Positions 16,496 to 25,927 of a stretch of DNA of 64,000 bases are shown in pieces. The DNA is taken from positions 1,309-65,308 of the forward strand of contig WJMT01000024.1 of the NCBI GenBank assembly GCA_014727835.1, read 5' to 3'. How positions within the stretch are numbered: the stretch's first letter is position 1; each line of letters opens with the position of its first letter. The DNA comes from Candidatus Aminicenantes bacterium (lineage in GTDB: Bacteria; Acidobacteriota; Aminicenantia; Aminicenantales; Aminicenantaceae). The notes under the pieces were generated by a model. The model was not told where the DNA came from and made no database searches. It saw nothing but the letters and a program-made list of their open reading frames with translations. The translations under genes were made by a program, and so were the position numbers.

Positions 16496-18310
16496 GTGAA
16501 AGAAACAACTCCTGCCAAGATCAGTTATGTTGACGGGATCCGCTTCAGCCGGGCTGTGCTGGTCGGCTGTCAAGAGGTGATTTCTCGGGAAAAAGAGCTC
16601 AACAAGATCAACGTGTTTCCCATTCCAGATAAAGACACGGGCTCTAACTTGAAAAAAGCATTTCACTCCATTGAGTCAAAAATATCATTGAATGAAGCGT
16701 CTCTTCAAAAAAGCAGTCGATGGATCGCTCAAATCCTCAAAAGCTCTGCATTGGGATATTCCGGGTCTGTTTTTTCCGGTTTTTTTTCAGGGTTTGCCGA
16801 GGGAATCGGGACCTCTCAAAAGATTCGGGTTCAGAATTTATCCCTCATAGCAGACACAGCCATAAAAAGGGCCCGCCAATCATTTGAAAATCCCATAAAA
16901 GGAACGGTGATCTCAGTGATGGAGGCCTGGGCTGGACAGATCAAAGAATCGGGCCGAGAGACCGACGATTTTTTTGTTCTTTTAAAAAAATCTTATCAAA
17001 CAGCGGTCTCAGCTCTCAAGAAGACGCCTGAACAGTTGACCGTATTGAAAAAAAACAGAGTGGTGGATGCCGGGGGCCAGGCATTTGTTCATTTTTTAGA
17101 AGGAATCATGAATTTCATTGAAAAGGGGATTTTGTCTTTGCCAGCAAAAAGGATTCCAAAGGATGACCAGCGACTCGGATTTGAAGAGCAGGAGGAAAAG
17201 GATGCTTTCTTTGTGGAATGCTGCGTTTGGAAAAAAGATCTTCAGCGACAGGATCTGGTTAAAGAACTTCATTGCATTGGAAAGGAGCTGGTGTTTTTCG
17301 GGGCATTGAATTTTGCCAAGATCCATATCCGTTCAACCGACCCCCAGAAAGTACTGGACTGTGTATCTGAATACGGGAAAATCACCTGTGAACATATTTG
17401 GAGGGGTTCAGAAAAGATACCCACTGAAAAAAAGAAGCCCTTTGCCATTGTGACTGACACCACTTGTGATATTCCTGAGATGTATGTGGAAAAAAATGAC
17501 CTTTACTTTGTGCCCGTTAAATTCCATGCCATGAATAAAGTGTACACGGATAAAAAGGATATCATTCCGGAAGAATTTTATGACATATTAGAGTCTTCTC
17601 CGGAGATCCCGAAAACATCCAAACCTTCCATTCAGGATTTTACAACAGTTTACCAAAACCTTCTTTGGCACCACAATTCGGTTCTGTCTATCCATTTATC
17701 TGGAAGCCTCAGCGGAACTTATCAGACAGCTCTTCAAGCCGCTAAAAATATCAATCCTCAAAAGATTACGGTTCTGGACAGTAAAAACCTTTCTGTGGGA
17801 CTTGGTTTGATCATTTTGGAAGCATTGAGGTCTATAAACAAAGGAATGGGCTATGGGGATGTTTTGAACAAAGTCGAACAGGCCATTGAGAACATTGATA
17901 TCTTTATAGGAATTCCCTTTATGAAATATCTCATTAAAGGGGGCAGAGTGACTAAAGCAAAGGGTTTCTTAGCCAAAATATTCCATATAAATCCTATCCT
18001 TTCTTTGAGTCCTGAGGGTGCCTTGAAACCTGTGGCCAAAACCATGGGAAAAAGAAAACTTGAGGAAGCTGTTTTATCTCTTGTCTTTCAGAAGATCGAT
18101 CAAGAGAAACAGCAGGCAAAAGGAAAAGTTTTGACTGCTGTGGCTCATGTGAATGCCCTGGAATCAGGAAAGAGAATCGAACAGAAAATCAAACAAAGAG
18201 AGGGCCATGGTCCTGTTATGGTCATGAATGCCTCCCCTGTATTAGGAGCTCATGCCGGACCGGGAACCATTGGTGTGGCTGTACTGAGGAGTGAATCATT
18301 ATCAATTTAA
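16496..18310 (+). CDS. DAK2 (DhaL-like) domain fused to a DegV/FakB-like fatty-acid-binding domain
   Basis: GTG start. The N-terminal half carries the DhaL-type PDKDTGSNL nucleotide-binding signature. The C-terminal half carries DegV signatures: AIVTDTTCDIP, KTSKPS, HLSGSLSGTYQTA. Confidence 0.75.
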   Translation: MKETTPAKISYVDGIRFSRAVLVGCQEVISREKELNKINVFPIPDKDTGSNLKKAFHSIESKISLNEASLQKSSRWIAQILKSSALGYSGSVFSGFFSGFAEGIGTSQKIRVQNLSLIADTAIKRARQSFENPIKGTVISVMEAWAGQIKESGRETDDFFVLLKKSYQTAVSALKKTPEQLTVLKKNRVVDAGGQAFVHFLEGIMNFIEKGILSLPAKRIPKDDQRLGFEEQEEKDAFFVECCVWKKDLQRQDLVKELHCIGKELVFFGALNFAKIHIRSTDPQKVLDCVSEYGKITCEHIWRGSEKIPTEKKKPFAIVTDTTCDIPEMYVEKNDLYFVPVKFHAMNKVYTDKKDIIPEEFYDILESSPEIPKTSKPSIQDFTTVYQNLLWHHNSVLSIHLSGSLSGTYQTALQAAKNINPQKITVLDSKNLSVGLGLIILEALRSINKGMGYGDVLNKVEQAIENIDIFIGIPFMKYLIKGGRVTKAKGFLAKIFHINPILSLSPEGALKPVAKTMGKRKLEEAVLSLVFQKIDQEKQQAKGKVLTAVAHVNALESGKRIEQKIKQREGHGPVMVMNASPVLGAHAGPGTIGVAVLRSESLSI

Positions 18311-18322
18311 CCGGAGGTCTTC

Positions 18323-20521
18323 ATGAATGAAAAGCTCAAACAAGGCATAAAATGTTTATGTGTTGTCATTCTTGTTTTTTCTTTTGCTTCTTTTTTGTCT
18401 GCGCAGATCCGTGGAAAAGCGCTTTATAAAAAATTAACCACAGACAGAGATCTCATCAAAGAGGAAGGGCTCAGCAGAGTCAGTTGGCTGCCTGATGGAA
18501 CGGGTCTGTATTTTAAGCTAGACAAAAGCTATAAAAAGATGGATTTGAAAACAGGGGACATCAGCCCTCTTTTTAATGAAAGCCAGATCATCATGAAGTA
18601 CAATGAGGTTTCAGGGGACAAAACAAATGCACTCCCCTTTGATGATTTTGATTTTATAAATGGCAGGGATAAAATCCGATTCAAGGTCAGCTCCGTCGCA
18701 TTTATATATGACTTGGATTCCCATGAGATGATTTCTTATGTGCCCGAGAATGAATTTCGAGGAGTCAGGGGCAGAATCTACTCAGAAGTGTTGTCTCCAG
18801 ATCTTCAGTACAGAGCTTTTGTTCGCGATTATAATCTGTATATCAAGGATTTCAAGGAAAATGAAACGCAGTTGACTTATGGTGGGCATAAGGACCTCCG
18901 CAAAGGTTTTCCGGATTGGGTCTATCCTGAAGAACTGGGTCAGTATCAGGCCTTCTGGTGGTCTCCGGACTCCCAAATGATCGCTTACATGGAATTCGAT
19001 GAAAGCCCGGTGAAAAAATATCCCATTGTCCATGATATTAATCCTGCTCCTGAACTGGAGATGCAGAGTTATCCCAAGGCAGGAACCAACAATCCCATAA
19101 TCCAGTTTTATATCATCAATGTCCAGACTCAGGAAACCGTGAGAGTCAAGACTGGTATGGAGACCAATGTTTACCTGTTTAAGGGAAAGTGGACCGAGGA
19201 CGGGGAATGGTTCACATATCAGCGTCTCAACAGGCATCAGAATGTCCTGGAATTGTATTTTGTGGACCCGAAAACCGGAGAAGCTAACCTGATACTGAAA
19301 GACAAAGACCCATGCTATATCCAGGCAGATGATGACCTTGTGTTTTTAGAGGACCGCAAACATTTCATTTGGACCTCAGAGAGAAGCGGTTGGAAACAGA
19401 TCTATCTGTATGATATGTCAGGGCGGCTCATTGAACAATTGACCCATGCCGAGCTTCCAATCAATCGAGTGGTGGGAGTGGATGAGGAGAAGGGATGGAT
19501 TTATTTCACAGGTCAGGAACACAGAGGGCTTGAGTCTTATCTTTACAGAATCGGGATGGATGGAGAGGGGTTTGAAAAGTTGCTGGATGAAGTCGGAACT
19601 CACAGTATCTCCATGTCTCCAGACTGCAAGCACTTTGTGGATTATTTTTCTAACTACAACAAACCCCGTAAAAGCAGTCTCTATACAGCTGTCGGAGAAA
19701 AAATAAGAGAGCTGGGTCATTCTGTGATCACCAAGGAATTCAAAGATTTAGACCTTATCATGCCCGAGCATTTTGTTTTTAAATCCGCTGATGGAAAGTA
19801 CACTTTAGACGGAGTGGTTTATAAGCCTGCTCATTTCAATGCAAAAGAGACATATCCCTTGATCATGTCTGTGTACGGAGGTCCCGGAGCCAAAAGAATG
19901 TACAACAGATTTGACTGGAACAGCAGAAGCCAGGCTTTGGCTCAGCTGGGTTTTGTGGTGGCATCCATAGACCATAGAGGTGTTTCGGGCAGAGGAAAGG
20001 ATTTCCAGAATCTCATGTATATGAATCTGGGACAAATCGAACTGGCTGACCATGTGGCTGCTGTTAAATTTTTAATCCGGAGGCCTTATATCGATGCAGC
20101 AAGAGTCGGGATCTACGGGCATTCTTATGGCGGTTATCTGACCTGTATAGCCATGCTCAAGGCTCCGGATGTGTTCCATGTGGGAGTGGCCGGAGCTCCG
20201 GTTACGGACTGGAGAAATTATGACACCATATACACGGAGAGGTATATGAGGAGGCCCCAGGATAACCCGGAAGGATATGAAAAAGGTTCTTGCATGAACT
20301 ATGCTCAAGACCTCAAAGGACATCTGGCCATCCATCATGGAGCTGTGGACAACAATGTTCATCCCGGTAACACCATTCAATTGGTCCAGGCCCTTCTGAA
20401 AGAGAACAAAAAATTTGAATTGATGATGTATCCGGAACAGAGACACGGAATCCGTTTTGATCGGTATGGAGAGGCCCGGGTGGAGTTTTTTATCGAGCAT
20501 CTGAAACCAGAAATCAAATGA
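18323..20521 (+). CDS. Dipeptidyl-peptidase IV family serine peptidase (S9B)
   Basis: Signal peptide. DPPIV-type N-terminal propeller (WSPDS..IAY, PYPKAGTNNP-like YPKAGTNNP). Catalytic GHSYGGY nucleophile elbow, with later D and H (HHGAVDNNVH). Confidence 0.85.
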   Translation: MNEKLKQGIKCLCVVILVFSFASFLSAQIRGKALYKKLTTDRDLIKEEGLSRVSWLPDGTGLYFKLDKSYKKMDLKTGDISPLFNESQIIMKYNEVSGDKTNALPFDDFDFINGRDKIRFKVSSVAFIYDLDSHEMISYVPENEFRGVRGRIYSEVLSPDLQYRAFVRDYNLYIKDFKENETQLTYGGHKDLRKGFPDWVYPEELGQYQAFWWSPDSQMIAYMEFDESPVKKYPIVHDINPAPELEMQSYPKAGTNNPIIQFYIINVQTQETVRVKTGMETNVYLFKGKWTEDGEWFTYQRLNRHQNVLELYFVDPKTGEANLILKDKDPCYIQADDDLVFLEDRKHFIWTSERSGWKQIYLYDMSGRLIEQLTHAELPINRVVGVDEEKGWIYFTGQEHRGLESYLYRIGMDGEGFEKLLDEVGTHSISMSPDCKHFVDYFSNYNKPRKSSLYTAVGEKIRELGHSVITKEFKDLDLIMPEHFVFKSADGKYTLDGVVYKPAHFNAKETYPLIMSVYGGPGAKRMYNRFDWNSRSQALAQLGFVVASIDHRGVSGRGKDFQNLMYMNLGQIELADHVAAVKFLIRRPYIDAARVGIYGHSYGGYLTCIAMLKAPDVFHVGVAGAPVTDWRNYDTIYTERYMRRPQDNPEGYEKGSCMNYAQDLKGHLAIHHGAVDNNVHPGNTIQLVQALLKENKKFELMMYPEQRHGIRFDRYGEARVEFFIEHLKPEIK

Positions 20522-20536
20522 CTTGTAAGAGTGAAC

Positions 20537-22498
20537 TCAATCAGAGCCAATGCCCAGGATAACAACCTGGTCGCTGTCCCTTTCCGCGATGTAGATTGAA
20601 CCATTGGAATCCACAGCAACACCCACCGGAAAGTTGAGTGGAGAATCTCCGGTTTCCTGACTTCCCCATTCTGTTATGAAACGGCCGTTTTTGTCGAATT
20701 TTTGGATTCGGCTGTTGTAGGTGTCCGATATATAAATGCAGTCCTGTTTATCCAAAAAGACTCCCATGGGCCTGTCAAATTGTCCGGGGGCTGTTCCTTG
20801 TTCCCCCCAACTTGCAATGAATTCTCCATCTCGGGTGAATGACTGCAGGTTGTCTTGGTCTGTGACAAACACTTCATCTTGACTTGTAATGAAAACACCG
20901 GCAGGATAGGCAAAATCTCCGTCTGAGATACCTCTTTTGCCATAGGATTGAATAAACACACCCAAACGGTCAAATTTTTTGATCTGATGGTTTCCTGAGT
21001 CAGCAACCCAAATATTGTTTTGGCTGTCCACAGCCACACCTAACGGTGTATTGAACTCATCATCGCCGGCTCCTTCTTTTCCCCATTTCAGCACAAAATG
21101 TCCGTCTGGATCAAATTTCATGACACAGTGTTTTTTGATATCAGTTACATAGAGGTATCCTTCATTATCCACAGCAATGCCAAAAGGGCTTTTCAGTTTG
21201 TTAAGGTCTTTTTTGTTATCCTCCAGATCACGGGTCAAGGTTCCTTCTGAATTGAATTTTTTGATTTTCAGATTGCTTTCATCAATGACAAAGATATTCC
21301 CTTGCTGGTCTAGAGTGATCCCGGTGGGAGTTTTAAATACTTGGGTATTCGGACCTCCCCACTGATCGATTTTCATGTATTCCTGGGCTATTAAGGTCAC
21401 ATTGTATTCAAGAGGCCCCTGACCCTCTGAGATCTCGATATCCTGAATCCAGTCTTCATATCCCTTCTTGGTTATTTTTAGGGAGTGGGTCCCGAACTCC
21501 ACAAAGGGAAAATTTGAATTTGTTTCTTTTCCCGTGAATTCGTCATTGAAGTGAATTTTGCCCCCCTGAGGAACAGAGCTGATGTTCAGGGCTCTTCCTT
21601 GTTTTTCGAGAATATATTCTTTTTCGCTGCTTTCAGAGGCCAAAAAGAAATCTTCTTTAATGTCCCGGTATCCTCTTTTTTGGATTTGGATAGAAAATTT
21701 TGGGGAATCTGATTGAACGATATTCGGTGTCCGACCCACTTCATTTCCGTTTAATTTGATAAGGGCATCTGGTGGATCGGTTTTTATTTTCAAGTAATAG
21801 GCCTCAATAAGCCCCAGATATTCTTTTTCTGCCAGATCAATGATTTTCACGATATCCGGGTCATAGATATTTCGTGAGATTTCCAGGGCATTGGTGTGAT
21901 CCACTTCAAACATGTTTTTGATTTCTTTCAGGGCTTGGAACAGATTGTCTTGAGCTGCATAACCAAGACCGATCCAGAGATAGATCTCTGTGGCTAATTT
22001 TTTCTGTTTGTCCAAATCGGTGACTCTGAATACTTTGGGAATCAAAGGTCTTAAAGAATCAATGGCTTCATTGATTTGTTTCTCTTGGCGGATCAATTTT
22101 TTGCTGGATTCCGTATTGAGTTCGATTCCCGCGATGATCTCTGCTTGGGATAACTGCTTAACCGAGGGAGTATCTGCAGCAGATGACGGGGTTGCCTCCT
22201 CTTCAGTCACTTTAACCAGCATCTCATGGATAAAACCGGTGACCTCTTGCCCGTCTTTTTCAAATTTAACTTTGTACCATTCCCCTTGCTTTTCTTCCCC
22301 TGTAAGGATGGTGCCGACATTGAGTTTAGCAATATTCTCTCCGCCAATTTCTGGTTTTGTCTTGATATTGGCGTTGCTGGCGATGACCTCCAGTTTTATG
22401 GAAGAAAACCCAAAGCTGACACAGATAACCATAATGAACAGGATAAGCAAAAATTTTGTCTTGTTATGCATTCCATATGTTTTCATTTTTTTCCCCAA
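20537..22498 (-). CDS. Secreted SH3b-PEGA-NHL repeat protein
   Basis: N-terminal TM/signal segment. SH3b-like ANIKTKPEIGGENIAKLNVGTILTGEEKQGEWYKVKF. Two PEGA-like units (IKTDPPDALIKLNGNEVGRTP, ISSVPQGGKIHFNDEF). The C-terminal part has about 6 NHL repeats (P.GIAVD..G.IYV.D..N..I.KF). Confidence 0.7.
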   Translation of the reverse strand: MGKKMKTYGMHNKTKFLLILFIMVICVSFGFSSIKLEVIASNANIKTKPEIGGENIAKLNVGTILTGEEKQGEWYKVKFEKDGQEVTGFIHEMLVKVTEEEATPSSAADTPSVKQLSQAEIIAGIELNTESSKKLIRQEKQINEAIDSLRPLIPKVFRVTDLDKQKKLATEIYLWIGLGYAAQDNLFQALKEIKNMFEVDHTNALEISRNIYDPDIVKIIDLAEKEYLGLIEAYYLKIKTDPPDALIKLNGNEVGRTPNIVQSDSPKFSIQIQKRGYRDIKEDFFLASESSEKEYILEKQGRALNISSVPQGGKIHFNDEFTGKETNSNFPFVEFGTHSLKITKKGYEDWIQDIEISEGQGPLEYNVTLIAQEYMKIDQWGGPNTQVFKTPTGITLDQQGNIFVIDESNLKIKKFNSEGTLTRDLEDNKKDLNKLKSPFGIAVDNEGYLYVTDIKKHCVMKFDPDGHFVLKWGKEGAGDDEFNTPLGVAVDSQNNIWVADSGNHQIKKFDRLGVFIQSYGKRGISDGDFAYPAGVFITSQDEVFVTDQDNLQSFTRDGEFIASWGEQGTAPGQFDRPMGVFLDKQDCIYISDTYNSRIQKFDKNGRFITEWGSQETGDSPLNFPVGVAVDSNGSIYIAERDSDQVVILGIGSD

Positions 22499-22521
22499 CC
22501 ATTCCCTAAATTATCACTTTT

Positions 22522-24243
22522 TTATTTATTATCCACAATTTTCCATTGATTTCCAAACTTTTTTAAAGTGTATGTTTTGACTCCGTCAAACAGGACTTTT
22601 CTCTGATCGGTTTTCTTATACACAGCGATCAGCATGTGGGAAAACCGCACCTGGGCTTCTCTGGTTGTCTTGAATTCAATAGTGATGTCCGAATAAACCG
22701 ATTTGATATTCTGATAGTGTTCAAACAGCAGAGTCAAATCCGCTTTTCTCTGTTCTGCGAATGCGTCAGGTTCAATATCAGAAAGAATGGATTCCAGATC
22801 TTTGACCTCTTCGGATTTTCTTTGTCTTTCCAAAATGTTGTTTATTTCTATTCGGGATTTTGCCCTATCTGCAAGATAGATGTACTGTTTTGCAGAGGAG
22901 TTGTCTGGATCTAATTTCAACACTTGATTCATGGTATTGATGCATTGAGTGTAGTTGCCACTGTTGTACTGATTGATTCCGGTATTGAGAGGTCCTGATA
23001 CAGCCTCAGCTGTGGCCTTATTTTGGATTTGATCTTGCGCTTTTCTCAAATAGTCCTGAGCTGTTTTATCCTGGGGGAAGGAGGATAAAATATCCTCAGC
23101 CAGATTCGATGTCTTCTGAAAATCTTTGTTCTCAAAGCTCTGTACCATCTGTTGTTTTAAAAGCATAGGAACACCGGTGATGCTTTGCAAAGAAGAGGGA
23201 GGAGGCAGAGGAGATTCGTCTGTAACCTCAGAAGTGGCTTGGGCATTAAAGAAAGGAATGTTTATTTTTTGATTGAAAAACAGGACAGCTGCGGTTCCCA
23301 GGATAATGACAAACGCAGCAGCACTGATTCTGACCCAACGCTTTTTTGGTTTTTTGAAGGTTTCCTGAATAGGGAGTTTGGCGATTGCCTGAAGTTCCTG
23401 TTTGAGTTGAGAACAGGTTTGATAGCGTTTCTGCGGTTCTTTTTGGAGGGCCTTTGAAATGATGGATTCAAATCCTGAGGGAAGTGACTTTTTTATTTCT
23501 GTAGAAGCAAAGGGTTCTTCATTGATGATTTTGTAAATCACTGTAGTGATGCTGTCTCCGTGAAAAGGTCTTTTTCCAGTGAGGATTTCATAAAGAAGCA
23601 CCCCCAGAGAAAATATATCGGAACATTTGTCCACTTTTTTTCCCATCACCTGTTCGGGAGACATATAACTTGGAGTGCCCACGGTCCGGCCCGTTTGAGT
23701 GATGGTGGATGTTTCCACTCTGGCTATTCCAAAATCAACCAAATAAGGAGTTCCTTCTTTATCCATCAGGATGTTAGCCGGTTTGATGTCTCTGTGGATG
23801 ATGCCATTTTTATGAGCATAATCCAGGGCATCACATATTTGAGCGATCAAATGGACAGCTTTTTCGAGAGGCATTTTTTTTCCGGAAGAGATGACCTTTT
23901 GGAGGCTGTCTCCCTCTATATACTGCATCACGATATAGGTCATATTCTCACTTTTGACCACATCATAAATGGTGGCGATATTGGGATGAATGAGTTTTCC
24001 GGCAGACCGAGCTTCTCTGATGAATCTTATCATCATCTCGTCCAGATCAGTTTCTTCGGAAACCAGGTCAAATCTTATGGCTTTGATGGCAACCACCCGG
24101 TCGATGTCAGGATCCATGGCTTTATACACGATGCCCATAGCCCCTTTTCCAAGGACATCTATAATCTTGTATTTGCCGATTTCTTTGATATTCTCTGACA
24201 TCAGCTTTTCGCTAATGATTTTTGTTGGATCTGTTTCACTCAT
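22522..24243 (-). CDS. Hanks-type Ser/Thr protein kinase with TM helix and extracytoplasmic TPR/NTF2-like region
   Basis: GKGAMGIVYKA...VAIK, HRDIKPANIL, DFGIA, GTPSYMSPE. TM helix WVRISAAAFVIILGTAAVLFF. The C-terminal about 100 aa end in an NTF2-like ...GNQWKIVDNK. Confidence 0.85.
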   Translation of the reverse strand: MSETDPTKIISEKLMSENIKEIGKYKIIDVLGKGAMGIVYKAMDPDIDRVVAIKAIRFDLVSEETDLDEMMIRFIREARSAGKLIHPNIATIYDVVKSENMTYIVMQYIEGDSLQKVISSGKKMPLEKAVHLIAQICDALDYAHKNGIIHRDIKPANILMDKEGTPYLVDFGIARVETSTITQTGRTVGTPSYMSPEQVMGKKVDKCSDIFSLGVLLYEILTGKRPFHGDSITTVIYKIINEEPFASTEIKKSLPSGFESIISKALQKEPQKRYQTCSQLKQELQAIAKLPIQETFKKPKKRWVRISAAAFVIILGTAAVLFFNQKINIPFFNAQATSEVTDESPLPPPSSLQSITGVPMLLKQQMVQSFENKDFQKTSNLAEDILSSFPQDKTAQDYLRKAQDQIQNKATAEAVSGPLNTGINQYNSGNYTQCINTMNQVLKLDPDNSSAKQYIYLADRAKSRIEINNILERQRKSEEVKDLESILSDIEPDAFAEQRKADLTLLFEHYQNIKSVYSDITIEFKTTREAQVRFSHMLIAVYKKTDQRKVLFDGVKTYTLKKFGNQWKIVDNK

Positions 24244-24368
24244 ATCCCGTGCTGCCTGGTGTTTTTTACTCAGAACTTCTCTCTATTAAAAATTTTATAT
24301 CACAATCGGATGATATACACAAATCAAAAAATATCATTTTTGATGGAGTTAGTTTTGCTGTATCCATA

Positions 24369-24396
24369 TTGACATTTTGTTTATCTCTCCTATAAT
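24369..24396 (+). promoter_or_regulatory. Near-consensus sigma70 promoter of ssrA
   Basis: TTGACA (24369-24374), 16-nt spacer, TATAAT (24391-24396), 13 nt before the mature tmRNA 5' end. Confidence 0.6.
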
Positions 24397-24409
24397 AATA
24401 TATGAGTCC

Positions 24410-24752
24410 GGGGGCGAATTGGGTTCGACGGAGGTAAAGAGACTGAGGAAGCATGTCGAGGCCCCACCCACCTCGTTAAACAGGTGGACTTAATAAGTGC
24501 AGATTCAATGCCTTTAGCTGCCTAAAAAAGGCAAGCCGTTTCTTTTGCGCTTTCCTGCGGTGCTCAAGAAACGTCGATCAGCAGGATAGTGACCCCGGAT
24601 GGCTCCTTACCGGGTGAGCGAAACCTCAAGGAGTTGGTTTCAAGGTGGTTTTCCTCTTCAACAGCCTTGGGACGAGAAAATGGAAGAGGATAAGCATGTA
24701 GCGTCCTTTCGTTGAATACCTTCGGACGCGGGTTCGATTCCCGCCGCCTCCA
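24410..24752 (+). ncRNA. ssrA: tmRNA (transfer-messenger RNA)
   Basis: The 5' GGGGGCG pairs with the 3' CGCCUCC, including the G3:U70 alanine identity pair, followed by discriminator A. T-arm is GCGGG-UUCGAUU-CCCGC. GGGUUCGACGG lies near the 5' end. An internal tag reading frame ends in LAA-stop. The 3' CCA is not encoded (the sequence continues TTG). Confidence 0.9.
24499..24525 (+). other. Predicted tmRNA tag reading frame (A)DSMPLAA-stop
   Basis: GCA GAT TCA ATG CCT TTA GCT GCC TAA. The canonical hydrophobic ..LAA C-terminus and TAA stop are clear. The exact resume codon is inferred only. Confidence 0.5.
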
Positions 24753-24773
24753 TTGAATAGGTATCTGATTAAA

Positions 24774-25916
24774 ATGAGAAACAATCTTTCATTTTACTTC
24801 ATTCTTCTCCTATCCATTCAGGGTTTTCTTTTTTCTCAATCTCATCCTTCTGTGGAATTGTCTGTCGCGGATTATCCTGATCATTCCAGGGTATTTATTG
24901 AGTCTTCTCATCCCATGAGTTTGAGTGTTGAAAAAAGCGGTGAATATATTATGGTCCGGATCAGAGCTGATGATCCCTTCCGGATACGCAAACAAGCATT
25001 CCAAAGTCAAAGAGTGGAGTCCATAGAGTGGGGAAGAGGTTCTGATTATTATATCTTCACTATTAAAATAGCCCCTGAGGATTTTGTAGTGCAGAAGTCT
25101 GTTTCCGAGGATTCATCTCTTGTTTTGATTGATGTGATGTCTTCATCCAATGAGATGGAGGAGAATCATGACCACTCTTTATCCCGCAGCAGAGGCCTGA
25201 ATTCAACAGAGTCATCAGCGGCTCCTCAAAAAGAAGAACTTCGGACCATTGTGATCGATCCAGGTCACGGAGGACTCGAGACAGGAGCTGAAGGCCGGTT
25301 TGGCACAAAAGAAAAGACCGTCACACTTGAAATCGCTCAAAAACTCAAAACCATCATTGAAAGAAATATTCCTTACCGCGTTCAGCTCACGAGAAAAGAG
25401 GATGTCGATGTTTCCTTGGAGAGGCGGGCTGCTATAGCGAATAATTACAAGGCCTATGTTTTCATCAGCATCCATGCCAATGGATCTTATAGAAGAACTG
25501 CGCGCGGCTCTGAGACTTTCTTTTTGAGCTTAAACGCCACTGATGAGGAAATTCGCAGACTCGCCTATATGGAGAATAATTCTTCTGAATTGGATGGGAT
25601 TCAGAGTGAAGAGCAAGACAATTTGAAATTGATTTTGTGGGACATGGCCCAATCTTCATTTATCCGACAGAGCAGTATTCTCGCAGAAAAGATCCAGACA
25701 AAACTCAATACTCTCAGCGGGACTCTGAACAGAGGGGTCAAACAGGCACCTTTCAAAGTATTGACCGGCGTAGCCTGTCCGGCGGTTCTGGTTGAAACAG
25801 CCTTTATCTCCAATCCCGATGAAGAAAAAAATCTGACCAAAGATGAATTTCAGGAGAGCATCGCCAGAGCTATCTATCTCGGTTTATCGGAATTTTTAGA
25901 GGAATATTCACTTTAG
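24774..25916 (+). CDS. N-acetylmuramoyl-L-alanine amidase (Amidase_3, AmiC-like) with N-terminal AMIN domain
   Basis: VIDPGHGG...GAEG, SIHANG and ETAFISN blocks. AMIN-like N-terminal domain (ELSVADYPDHSRVFIESSHPMS). ATG at 24774 is preferred over the TTG at 24753, which abuts the tmRNA 3' end. Confidence 0.8.
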   Translation: MRNNLSFYFILLLSIQGFLFSQSHPSVELSVADYPDHSRVFIESSHPMSLSVEKSGEYIMVRIRADDPFRIRKQAFQSQRVESIEWGRGSDYYIFTIKIAPEDFVVQKSVSEDSSLVLIDVMSSSNEMEENHDHSLSRSRGLNSTESSAAPQKEELRTIVIDPGHGGLETGAEGRFGTKEKTVTLEIAQKLKTIIERNIPYRVQLTRKEDVDVSLERRAAIANNYKAYVFISIHANGSYRRTARGSETFFLSLNATDEEIRRLAYMENNSSELDGIQSEEQDNLKLILWDMAQSSFIRQSSILAEKIQTKLNTLSGTLNRGVKQAPFKVLTGVACPAVLVETAFISNPDEEKNLTKDEFQESIARAIYLGLSEFLEEYSL

Positions 25917-25927
25917 CCAGACAAACC

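Noticed and set aside
23560-24198. 212-aa plus-strand ORF inside the kinase gene (similar cases: 6600-7256, 47170-47724, 54177-54758, 62964-63383)
   Set aside because: Each is antisense to a gene with unambiguous catalytic or domain motifs. None has a recognisable motif or translation-initiation signal.
24266-24454. 62-aa minus-strand ORF
   Set aside because: It overlaps the ssrA promoter and the tmRNA 5' acceptor/tRNA-like domain. It is AT-rich, has no RBS and is not credible as a gene.
24731-24752. tmRNA and tRNA-Leu 3' ends as genomic-island integration sites
   Set aside because: I looked for a second copy of GGTTCGATTCCCGCCGCCTCCA or of the tRNA-Leu 3' half elsewhere in the 64 kb and saw none. 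The downstream genes are core functions (amidase, der, ribosomal proteins).
24753-24773. TTG-initiated extension of the amidase ORF starting immediately after the tmRNA 3' end
   Set aside because: It would start one nucleotide after the mature tmRNA terminus. The ATG at 24774 gives a normal signal-anchor N-terminus (MRNNLSFYFILLLSIQGFLF).
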